Source: Candidatus Cloacimonadota bacterium (GTDB taxonomy: Bacteria > Cloacimonadota > Cloacimonadia > Cloacimonadales > TCS61). From it: a DNA stretch of 64,000 nucleotides. The position numbers were made by a program, and so were the translations under genes. The notes below the pieces were generated by a model. It searched no databases. It was not told the origin of the DNA and saw nothing but the letters and a program-made list of their open reading frames with translations. The stretch spans positions 9,809-73,808 of the forward strand of contig JAUXIJ010000001.1 of NCBI GenBank assembly GCA_030621085.1, written 5' to 3'. This document shows, in pieces, positions 56,936-64,000 of the stretch (positions are counted from its first letter, which is position 1; every line of letters starts with the position of its first letter).

Positions 56936-58360
56936 ATGGCAGAAAAAATATTAAATTTGAAGCTTAAATATAAAGATAAGATCCTCGATATTGCCAGACA
57001 GAAAAGAGATTTTACCGGTTCTTTTATCATCGGAAGTAGTAAATATATCTTCTGGCAGATTCTGGATAAGGCTTTTCCTGATAAGTATTCACTTATCAAC
57101 AAAAGCGGCTCATCCTACAAGCTGAAACTGCGCGAGGGCATGGATATAACGATCAAAAAGAACAATCAGGAACTGACAAAAGATGACCTGCGGAGAGCAA
57201 ACCTGCTGAAGGGGAATACATTAACAATGGATCCATCTACTATTGGGGCAGTAACTTTTGGGGAAGATTGGAAGATAGAGTACAATTTCATAGAACCCTA
57301 TAGATATGTTGCTACCAGGGAAGAATTGACCATTGCCAAGCAGTTTGCCAAAGCCAGTCCTCTTTCACCGCAGGAAAAATTTACCAGGATTTTTGTAATC
57401 CTGGGTGTGCTGGCTACCTGGATAGGTCTTTATATTGCAGAGAGTAACTATGTACCTCCTGTGAAATTAAATTTCACAGAACGTCTGCAAATGATCGAAG
57501 AATATGCTACTCAGGTACAAGCTGAAGTAACCGAAGAGGTGGTCGGCCCTACTGAAACCGGACCAAAAAGCCGGGAAGAGATGGAAGAAGAAGTTACCGA
57601 GCAGGTCGAACAGGCCCAGGCTATGTCGTCTGCCGAATTTGAACAAGAGTTCGGTCTTACCCTGGGTGACGGCATAAGCGGTATGCCCGGCGGAGAGGGA
57701 GTCGGTGATTTCAGCAATGAACTTCTGGAAGTTACGGAAGTAAGTGAAATCGTTGTTGCCGGTACGGGACCCGGAACAGGTAGCGGACCGAAAGCCACTA
57801 GGGGAGCCAGTGATCTGGATGTAGCCGGAGCCGGAGGATTTGATCTGGAAGGAGTTGGAGACGGATTGGGTGATATCGGTGGTCTGGAAGGGCTCGATCT
57901 GGGCGGAACCGGTGGCTTTGAAGAAGTTGACCTGGCCAGTCTGGGCGGTGATGTAGGAAGTTACAACGTTACCAAGGTAGAGAGTAAAGCTCAATTCCAG
58001 GCTGTTAAAAAGCGTTTTGCCGGTATCAAGATGGTGAAAGAGGGAACCATCAAGATCGAAGAGATGACTCCTGAAGCAAAAACAGAACTGGCTAATATCG
58101 ACAACGTGGTGAGTACCTATAAACCGCAGATCACCAAACTGTTCACCGTGGAATCTATGCTAATGGACATGTACGGCACGATTGAATTTTCATTGATCAT
58201 CAGTGCTTCGGGTAGGGTAGAAGCGGTTGATATGGAAGTGGCTGATGGCAGCTATTTCACAGATAATTTCCTGAGGAAATGCCGTCAGATCATTCTCAAC
58301 TGGAAGATTAAAGTGAAAGAACCTATCGGCTACAGTTTCCGTATGAAGTTCTATAAATAA
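56936..58360 (+). CDS. TonB_C / AgmX-like bitopic protein (cytoplasmic N-domain, TM, acidic Gly-rich linker, TonB-C-like domain)
   Basis: I chose the ATG at 56936, 5 nt after AGAGG. TM segment IFVILGVLATWIGLYIA. Linker GGFDLEGVGDGLGDIGGLEGLDLGGTGGFEEVDL. C-terminal ~90 aa: ...MYGTIEFSLIISASGRVEAVDMEV...NFLRKCRQIILNWKIKV..., TonB-C-like. Confidence 0.6.
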   Translation: MAEKILNLKLKYKDKILDIARQKRDFTGSFIIGSSKYIFWQILDKAFPDKYSLINKSGSSYKLKLREGMDITIKKNNQELTKDDLRRANLLKGNTLTMDPSTIGAVTFGEDWKIEYNFIEPYRYVATREELTIAKQFAKASPLSPQEKFTRIFVILGVLATWIGLYIAESNYVPPVKLNFTERLQMIEEYATQVQAEVTEEVVGPTETGPKSREEMEEEVTEQVEQAQAMSSAEFEQEFGLTLGDGISGMPGGEGVGDFSNELLEVTEVSEIVVAGTGPGTGSGPKATRGASDLDVAGAGGFDLEGVGDGLGDIGGLEGLDLGGTGGFEEVDLASLGGDVGSYNVTKVESKAQFQAVKKRFAGIKMVKEGTIKIEEMTPEAKTELANIDNVVSTYKPQITKLFTVESMLMDMYGTIEFSLIISASGRVEAVDMEVADGSYFTDNFLRKCRQIILNWKIKVKEPIGYSFRMKFYK

Positions 58361-58373
58361 TAATATATCAAAT

Positions 58374-58403
58374 AAAAGCCCTCTTTGCCGGAGGGCTTTT
58401 TTT
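58374..58403 (+). terminator. Rho-independent terminator
   Basis: AAAAGCCCTC / GAGGGCTTTT 10-bp stem, loop TTTGCCG, then a T-run. Confidence 0.75.
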
Positions 58404-60800
58404 ATGTGTATGAAGTATTACGAAATCGCCTTGCCCATCAGAGTTGAAAAACTTTACGTATACAAAACTGAAGAAGATATCAAGCAGGGTTGCCGTGTGC
58501 TTGTTTCACTTCAAAGTAGCTTCTATACGGGTATTGTCTGGCAGGAAGCTGCAAAATTGGATGAAAACCTGAAATACAAAGATATCCTGGAGATCATCGA
58601 TGAAAACCCCAAGATCTCTCAGCAGCAGCTGCAGCTGGCCCAGTGGCTGAGCAACTACTATCAATGCGGTCTGGGACAGACCTTGGCTGCTATGCTGCCT
58701 TCCGGTTTCAATGTACATCTTCAGCAGCAGGTAATAAAGATAGCAGATAAATCTGCATTGGATTCTGACGGAATACTCGAACTTATCCTGGCTCAATTAA
58801 GCAGTTCGAACTGGCTCAATATTGCTGATCTAAAAAAGAAACTGAATATAAAAACAACGATCCTTAATTCCTGGCTGGAAAAACTGGAAAATCAACATAT
58901 CATTGAAATAAAGAGAGTTTACGATAGCAGGATAAAAAAGAAGCTGGTTAATTATTTGATCATAAACCGGATTGAAGAGATTCCCAAACTGACGGAAAAA
59001 CAAAATGCAGCCTGGTCATTGATCAAGCAGAAAAAAGCTGAGTTCCCACTCAAGGATATTGTCGATCAAGTCAGCCGCTCTATTCTGAAAGCACTTGAAA
59101 ATAAAGGTATACTGCGCATCGAACCACGAGAGGTGGAAGAAGAGTATTTTATAATTCCCTCTGCACAAAACCCAAAAAAGCTCACATTGACAGATGAACA
59201 AAAAGAGGCTGTGCATAAAATAAACAGCTCTATCCAAAGAAATAATTTCCAGACTTTTCTGCTCTATGGGATCACCGGCAGCGGTAAAACCGAAGTCTAT
59301 ATTCGAATTATCAGAGAGTGTCTGGAAAAAGAGAGAACAGCCCTCATGCTGGTACCCGAGATCTCGCTGACCCCGCAGATGGTGGAACGCTTTTATAATG
59401 CTTTCGGTCAGGATATCGCCATTCTGCATAGTCACCTTAACGAGCGTCAGCGCTGGCAGCAGTGGAATAAGATAAAATCAGGAAAAAGCAAAATTGTGAT
59501 CGGTGCTCGCAGTGCTATTTTTGCTCCACTGGAAAATATAGGCATCATCATCGTCGATGAGGAACACGAAAATACCTATAAACAGGATAAAACTCCCAGG
59601 TACAATGGCCGGGATGTTGCTATTGTCCGTGCCCGTTTGTCGAACGCTGTCGTCATTCTGGGCAGTGCCACTCCTTCTCTGGAGAGCTGGCAGAATGTGG
59701 AAAACGGTAAATCTATTCTTCTGCAATTGACCAAACGTCCTTTGACCTACAAACTTCCCTCTGTGCAGATCATCGATCTGAAAAAAGAAGAAGATCCGAC
59801 TACGCATTTTTCAGCCATACTCAAAGAGAAGATTGAAGAAAAACTGGCTGCTGGTGAGCAGATCATTCTTTTTCATAACAGAAGAGGACATTCATCCTTT
59901 GTGCAGTGTATTTCCTGCGGCAAGCTTTTCCAGTGTCCGCACTGCGAGATCAGTATGAATTTTCACAGCAGTTCACAGGAGCTTATCTGTCACTATTGCG
60001 GTCATAAGATCGATCTGCCCCGTAAATGTCCCGATTGCGGCAGCTTCATGTTCAACTTCGGAGCGCCAGGCACACAACAGATAGAAAAAGAGTTGCAAAT
60101 ACGTTTTCCCTCAGCTAGTGTTCTACGCATGGATTCTGATTCTACCCGCAGGAAAGATAGTTATGATTCTATGTTCGAGCGTATGAAAAAGGGCAATATA
60201 GATATTCTGCTCGGTACCCAGATGATAGCCAAGGGACTGGATTTTGCCAATGTTACCCTGGTCGGTGTTATCTCGGCAGATATCGGCTTGAATATACCGG
60301 ATTTTCGGGCAGCGGAAAGAACCTTTCAACTTCTCACCCAGGTGGCTGGTCGCAGCGGCAGAGGAGAAAAACCGGGTGAGGTTATCATCCAGACTTACAA
60401 CCCTCAGCATTATGCCATCACCTGCGCTACACGTCAGGATTTCGTATCGTTTGCCGAGCAGGAATTAAAACTTCGGAAGCTTTTAAAATACCCGCCGGCT
60501 TATCGTCTGGCACGCTTCTTGTTTGCTCATAAAAATGAGAAATATCTACGCACTCAATTGATTAAAAATGATCATATAATTGAGAGACTGAAAAAACTGT
60601 TCAAACCTGAAAGTCTCTTTGTGCTAGGTCCCGTGCAAGCCCCTTTTATCAAGATGAAGAATAATTATCGTTATCACATTATCTTAAAAGCAGATTCAGT
60701 TCAAACGCTTTCTCAAAGCGTAAACTATTTGAAAGAGAATATAAAACTAGGCAGCACTATCAGGCTCTCTATAGATATCGATCCCTATGGGCTTCTTTAA
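58404..60800 (+). CDS. priA: Primosomal protein N' (replication restart helicase PriA)
   Basis: Walker A GITGSGKTEVY and DEEH box. Cys-rich zinc module: CISCGKLFQCPHCEISMNFH...CHYCG...CPDCGS. An alternative start is the ATG at 58410. Confidence 0.95.
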   Translation: MCMKYYEIALPIRVEKLYVYKTEEDIKQGCRVLVSLQSSFYTGIVWQEAAKLDENLKYKDILEIIDENPKISQQQLQLAQWLSNYYQCGLGQTLAAMLPSGFNVHLQQQVIKIADKSALDSDGILELILAQLSSSNWLNIADLKKKLNIKTTILNSWLEKLENQHIIEIKRVYDSRIKKKLVNYLIINRIEEIPKLTEKQNAAWSLIKQKKAEFPLKDIVDQVSRSILKALENKGILRIEPREVEEEYFIIPSAQNPKKLTLTDEQKEAVHKINSSIQRNNFQTFLLYGITGSGKTEVYIRIIRECLEKERTALMLVPEISLTPQMVERFYNAFGQDIAILHSHLNERQRWQQWNKIKSGKSKIVIGARSAIFAPLENIGIIIVDEEHENTYKQDKTPRYNGRDVAIVRARLSNAVVILGSATPSLESWQNVENGKSILLQLTKRPLTYKLPSVQIIDLKKEEDPTTHFSAILKEKIEEKLAAGEQIILFHNRRGHSSFVQCISCGKLFQCPHCEISMNFHSSSQELICHYCGHKIDLPRKCPDCGSFMFNFGAPGTQQIEKELQIRFPSASVLRMDSDSTRRKDSYDSMFERMKKGNIDILLGTQMIAKGLDFANVTLVGVISADIGLNIPDFRAAERTFQLLTQVAGRSGRGEKPGEVIIQTYNPQHYAITCATRQDFVSFAEQELKLRKLLKYPPAYRLARFLFAHKNEKYLRTQLIKNDHIIERLKKLFKPESLFVLGPVQAPFIKMKNNYRYHIILKADSVQTLSQSVNYLKENIKLGSTIRLSIDIDPYGLL

Positions 60801-60941
60801 ATCGATCTGATATGCAGATTTCTTATAACTCGAAATAATATCCAAAATTGTTACAATTGATCTATATAGAGAAAAATGAAATTAATTTGACATATAGGTG
60901 CTGTCATCATTTTCTCCTTATTTAAAATAGGAAGATAGAAA

Positions 60942-61976
60942 ATGAAAAAGAGTATTCGTTCGTTGAAATTCAAAAACAACAAATTGATCTTGATAGATCA
61001 GAGAGTATTACCGCAAAGATATGAAGAGTTTATCTGCAATAATTACAAAGATGTTGAATTTGCTATTGCCGATATGGTGGTGAGAGGAGCTCCCGTCATT
61101 GGAGTAGCAGCAGCCTACGGGGTCGTGCTGGCTGCACTCGAATTTTTCGATCTCCCCAAAAGAGATTTTTTCAGAGAGATGCATCTGGCCTGTGATATCA
61201 TCAATAAATCCCGACCTACTGCGGTAAATCTGATGTGGGCTGTTACCAGAATGAGGAACCTGCTGGTAGAAAGTAAGACACAAAAAGAGATATTAAGTGA
61301 CCTGAGAAAGGAAGCAGATAAAATAGCGAAAGAAGATGTCCAAACCAATAAAAAAATGGGACAATTTGGAAATTCACTTATTCCACCCAAAGCTACAATT
61401 CTCACTCACTGCAATACCGGTGCTCTGGCAACCGTGGAATACGGCACAGCACTCGGAGTTATCCGCACTGCCGTTTCATCTGGCAAAGATATTTTCGTTT
61501 ATGCAGATGAAACACGCCCTCGTTTGCAGGGCAGCAGACTTACAGCCTGGGAACTGGTTCAGGAAGGCATTCCTGCCAGACTGATAGCAGACAGTGTTGC
61601 TGCCACCCTGATTCGTGATGGCAAGATCGACCTGATCCTGGTAGGGGCGGACAGGATTGCTGCCAATGGTGATACTGCCAATAAGATCGGTACCTTTATG
61701 CTCTCTGTAATGGCAAGAACATATGATGTTCCATTCTATATTGTCGCTCCAACTACAACAATAGATTTTGAAATTGAAACAGGCAGTGAGATAGAGATTG
61801 AAGAGCGTTCCTCCCAAGAAGTAACGCATATCAAAGGTGTTCCGGTTGCACCTAATAACATAGATATCTATAACCCTGCCTTCGATGTAACTCCGGCAGA
61901 AAATATTACCGCTATTATTACAGAAAAAGGTATAATAAATAAACCATTTAATGAAAATATTTTAAATCTAAAATAG
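60942..61976 (+). CDS. mtnA: S-methyl-5-thioribose-1-phosphate isomerase
   Basis: Motifs HCNTGALATVEYGTALGVIR, ETRPRLQGSRLTAWEL, VGADRIAANGDTANKIGT. Confidence 0.9.
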   Translation: MKKSIRSLKFKNNKLILIDQRVLPQRYEEFICNNYKDVEFAIADMVVRGAPVIGVAAAYGVVLAALEFFDLPKRDFFREMHLACDIINKSRPTAVNLMWAVTRMRNLLVESKTQKEILSDLRKEADKIAKEDVQTNKKMGQFGNSLIPPKATILTHCNTGALATVEYGTALGVIRTAVSSGKDIFVYADETRPRLQGSRLTAWELVQEGIPARLIADSVAATLIRDGKIDLILVGADRIAANGDTANKIGTFMLSVMARTYDVPFYIVAPTTTIDFEIETGSEIEIEERSSQEVTHIKGVPVAPNNIDIYNPAFDVTPAENITAIITEKGIINKPFNENILNLK

Positions 61977-61984
61977 AGGAATTC

Positions 61985-62629
61985 ATGTTATTTAAAAAAA
62001 TACGAAATGAAGTCGCAGCTATGGGAAGAGAGATAGCAGACTCCGGTTTTAATCTGGGAACCTGGGGAAATATCTCTGCCAGAGCAGATGCCGATCATAT
62101 TGCCATCACGCCCTCAGGGGTTGCCTACCAAGCGATTAAAGCGGAAGATATAATTATTGCAAATCTGGACGGGCAAACTATCGATGGAGATAAAAAACCA
62201 TCTATTGAACTACAACTGCATATTACTGTTTACAAAGCAAAAAAGAGAGTTAAGGCAATTGTGCATACTCACAGCGTACATTGTACAGCTTTTGCCATAG
62301 CCAGAAAACCAATTCCGGCAGTTTGTGAAGATATGGTTCAGATCGTAGGTGGCAGAGTGGAGGTTGCCAGTTATTTCCTGCCCGGTTCACAGGAACTGGC
62401 GCAGGCGGCAATTGCAGCTCTGCAGGACAATAGCGCCTGTCTGCTGGCCAATCATGGGTTACTTGCAGTTGCAGACAATTTACCCGAAGCATACAAGGTG
62501 GCTCAGATCGTTGAAAAATCTGCTCAGGCGGTAATTTTGGCTAGCTCTCTGGGTGGAGCGGTAGAATTATCTCAAGACGATATCGATTTCATGCGTGATT
62601 TTTATTTGAATAAATACGGACAGAAATGA
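61985..62629 (+). CDS. Class II aldolase/adducin-family protein (MTRu-1-P aldolase Ald2-like or MtnB-like)
   Basis: Motifs GNISAR...ITPSGV, catalytic-Glu region PSIELQLH, and metal His pair VHTHSVHCTAFA. Confidence 0.8.
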   Translation: MLFKKIRNEVAAMGREIADSGFNLGTWGNISARADADHIAITPSGVAYQAIKAEDIIIANLDGQTIDGDKKPSIELQLHITVYKAKKRVKAIVHTHSVHCTAFAIARKPIPAVCEDMVQIVGGRVEVASYFLPGSQELAQAAIAALQDNSACLLANHGLLAVADNLPEAYKVAQIVEKSAQAVILASSLGGAVELSQDDIDFMRDFYLNKYGQK

Positions 62630-63579
62630 AAGCACTCTACTTTGATGAAAAATTAGCATTGAGAAATGATTATCCCATTCCTGTTCCTACCGAAAATGAA
62701 GCCTTGATAAAAGTAACTTTAGCCGGATTATGCAATACCGATAAAGAGATCATGAACGGTTACACTCCTTTCCGGGGAATCCTGGGACATGAATTTGTAG
62801 GTGTTGTGGAAGAGTGCCATCAAAAAAACCTAATTGGCAGAAGAGTGGTCGGAGAAATAAATATCGGCTGCGGAGAGTGTTCTTTCTGCCGGAAGAACAT
62901 GAAAACCCATTGCTTGCAGAGAAAAGTGTTGGGAATCCGTGATAAAGACGGGGTTTTTGCGGAATACACCACCCTTCCGATAGCGAATCTTCATATGGTT
63001 CCTGATGAGATCCGTGATGAAGAAGCTGTTTTCACAGAACCGCTGGCAGCAGCACTGAATATTCTGCAAATGGTAGATATCAGAAAGCAGGATAGAGTTG
63101 TTGTGATCGGAGATGGTAAACTGGGACAATTGATTGTACGAGCTATATCTACCACTTCCTGCGACCTGACCCTGATAGGAAAACAGAAAGAGAAGCTGGC
63201 TCTGGCAGAAGAGTTCTCTCAAACAAGACTTTTTGATAAAAATGCCGACCTGCAGAATCATTTTGATATAGCAGTAGATTGTACCGGAAATAAAGCTGCT
63301 CTCTTGTATGCGGGTGCTATCGTTCGACCCCGGGGTACGATAGTTTTAAAAAGCACCTATGCTGGAAATATTGAATGCAACCCCTCTCTCTGGGTGGTGA
63401 AAGAACTAAAGCTGCTCGGTTCACGTTGTGGTGCATTTGCTCCTGCTCTTCATTTCATGCAAAAGGAAAAAATAGATTTGACAAAATTGATCGAAAAAAC
63501 ATTTTTCATTGCTGATTGGAAAGAAGCATTTGAAACCGCATTTACAAAAGGTGCTTTGAAAGTGCTGTTAAAAATTTAA
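62626..63579 (+). CDS. Zinc-dependent medium-chain alcohol dehydrogenase
   Basis: Catalytic Zn ligands GLCNTD...GHEFVG. Structural Zn cluster GCGECSFCRKNMKTHC. Rossmann motif VVIGDGKLG. ATGA overlap with the aldolase gene. Confidence 0.85.
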   Translation: MKALYFDEKLALRNDYPIPVPTENEALIKVTLAGLCNTDKEIMNGYTPFRGILGHEFVGVVEECHQKNLIGRRVVGEINIGCGECSFCRKNMKTHCLQRKVLGIRDKDGVFAEYTTLPIANLHMVPDEIRDEEAVFTEPLAAALNILQMVDIRKQDRVVVIGDGKLGQLIVRAISTTSCDLTLIGKQKEKLALAEEFSQTRLFDKNADLQNHFDIAVDCTGNKAALLYAGAIVRPRGTIVLKSTYAGNIECNPSLWVVKELKLLGSRCGAFAPALHFMQKEKIDLTKLIEKTFFIADWKEAFETAFTKGALKVLLKI

Positions 63580-63598
63580 CCAAATAAGGGGAGGAAGA

Positions 63599-64000
63599 AT
63601 GAGAAAAGTATTTGTTACACTGTTGATTTTAGTTTTTGCTGTGTGCGTTATTGCCGAGACTAAAGTAGCGATCGTTTTTGCCACAGGTGGTTTAGGAGAC
63701 AAATCATTTAATGATGCCGCCTTGGAAGGTATCAAGAGAGCCAAAAGCGAGCTTGGAATCGAATTTGATTATGCAGAACCTTCAGCAATTACAGAGTATG
63801 AAACCTATATGGCTCAATTTGCTAACAGTAAAAACTATGATCTTATCATCTCTATCGGATTCGATCAGGCTGATGCACTTACCAAGATCTCCGAGAGATT
63901 CCCGGATCAGAAATTTGCCATAGTTGATATGGTGGTTGTAAAGCCCAATGTGGCTTCCTATGTTTACAAAGAGCAGGAACGTGGTTTTATGGTGGGTTAT
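63599..64000 (+). CDS. BMP-family (PnrA/Med-like) ABC substrate-binding protein, 3'-truncated by the window edge
   Basis: GGGGAGGA RBS. Signal peptide MRKVFVTLLILVFAVCV. Motif VAIVFATGGLGDKSFNDAALEGIKRA is typical of BMP nucleoside-binding proteins. The frame is open to nt 64000. Confidence 0.75.
   Translation, partial: MRKVFVTLLILVFAVCVIAETKVAIVFATGGLGDKSFNDAALEGIKRAKSELGIEFDYAEPSAITEYETYMAQFANSKNYDLIISIGFDQADALTKISERFPDQKFAIVDMVVVKPNVASYVYKEQERGFMVGY

Noticed and set aside
60508-60526. TGGCAC-GCTTC-TTGT, a sigma54-like motif.
   Set aside because: It lies inside the priA coding sequence and lacks the invariant GC of the -12 element at the correct spacing.
60801-60941. A possible SAM/MTA-responsive riboswitch upstream of mtnA.
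   Set aside because: I could not recognise conserved SAM-I, SAM-II or other riboswitch core sequences or extended helices. The leader is AT-rich and unstructured by eye.
63711-63923. A 70-aa ORF listed in the six-frame track.
   Set aside because: It is out of frame and inside the better-supported BMP-family CDS, which starts at 63599 (RBS, signal peptide, family motif) and runs off the window.
1-64000. A search for tRNA, rRNA, transposase, integrase or phage genes.
   Set aside because: None was recognised in any frame or intergenic region. The rearrangement scars (NUDIX fossil, RR deletion, 14-bp repeats) are not accompanied by identifiable mobile-element genes.

Overview
This is a 64 kb chromosomal segment from a low-GC diderm bacterium. 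By eye it looks like an FCB-superphylum or Cloacimonadota-like anaerobe: two secreted proteins carry T9SS C-terminal sorting domains, and there is a GWxTD protein and many lipoproteins and OMPs. I support about 50 CDS. I saw no rRNA, tRNA, CRISPR array, transposase or integrase.

Gene content in order:
- The 3' part of a very large OM beta-barrel gene.
- An MCE/Mla-type lipid-transport operon: an MCE protein, a PqiC-like lipoprotein fused to a putative OM barrel, STAS-MlaE, MlaF and a Mut7-C RNase-domain protein.
- A 1204-aa surface protein with nine exact-period FN3 repeats plus a beta-helix.
- OmpA-TSP3, MscS and a small OMP.
- A very AT-rich two-gene islet, then tag.
- Two paralogous T9SS beta-helix cargo genes. 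They flank a signalling locus made of an N-lobe-less Ser/Thr kinase-AAA_16-TPR protein and a GAF-sigma54 activator broken by one in-frame TAG.
- MATE, NUDIX, several lipoproteins including a Bor-like one, and a DUF5684 protein.
- A TetR / BPL_N / prolyl oligopeptidase / giant GlmL-like operon.
- A sigma54-promoter-driven envelope operon whose cognate response regulator is reduced to a 177-nt remnant.
- dnaE, a GWxTD protein and yraN.
- An 11 kb envelope cluster: OMP, two giant TPR proteins, a TolQ/ExbB-like protein, two ExbD-like proteins and a TonB_C/AgmX-like protein.
- priA, then an mtnA / class II aldolase / Zn-ADH cluster consistent with the DHAP shunt, and a 3'-truncated BMP-family binding protein.

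The most interesting items are the Agl/Glt-like motor-plus-TPR cluster, the PqiC-barrel fusion in the MCE operon, the two near-consensus sigma54 promoters paired with two disabled activators, and the unusual GlmL-family fusion protein.

All domain calls come from motif recognition by eye. No database search was run.
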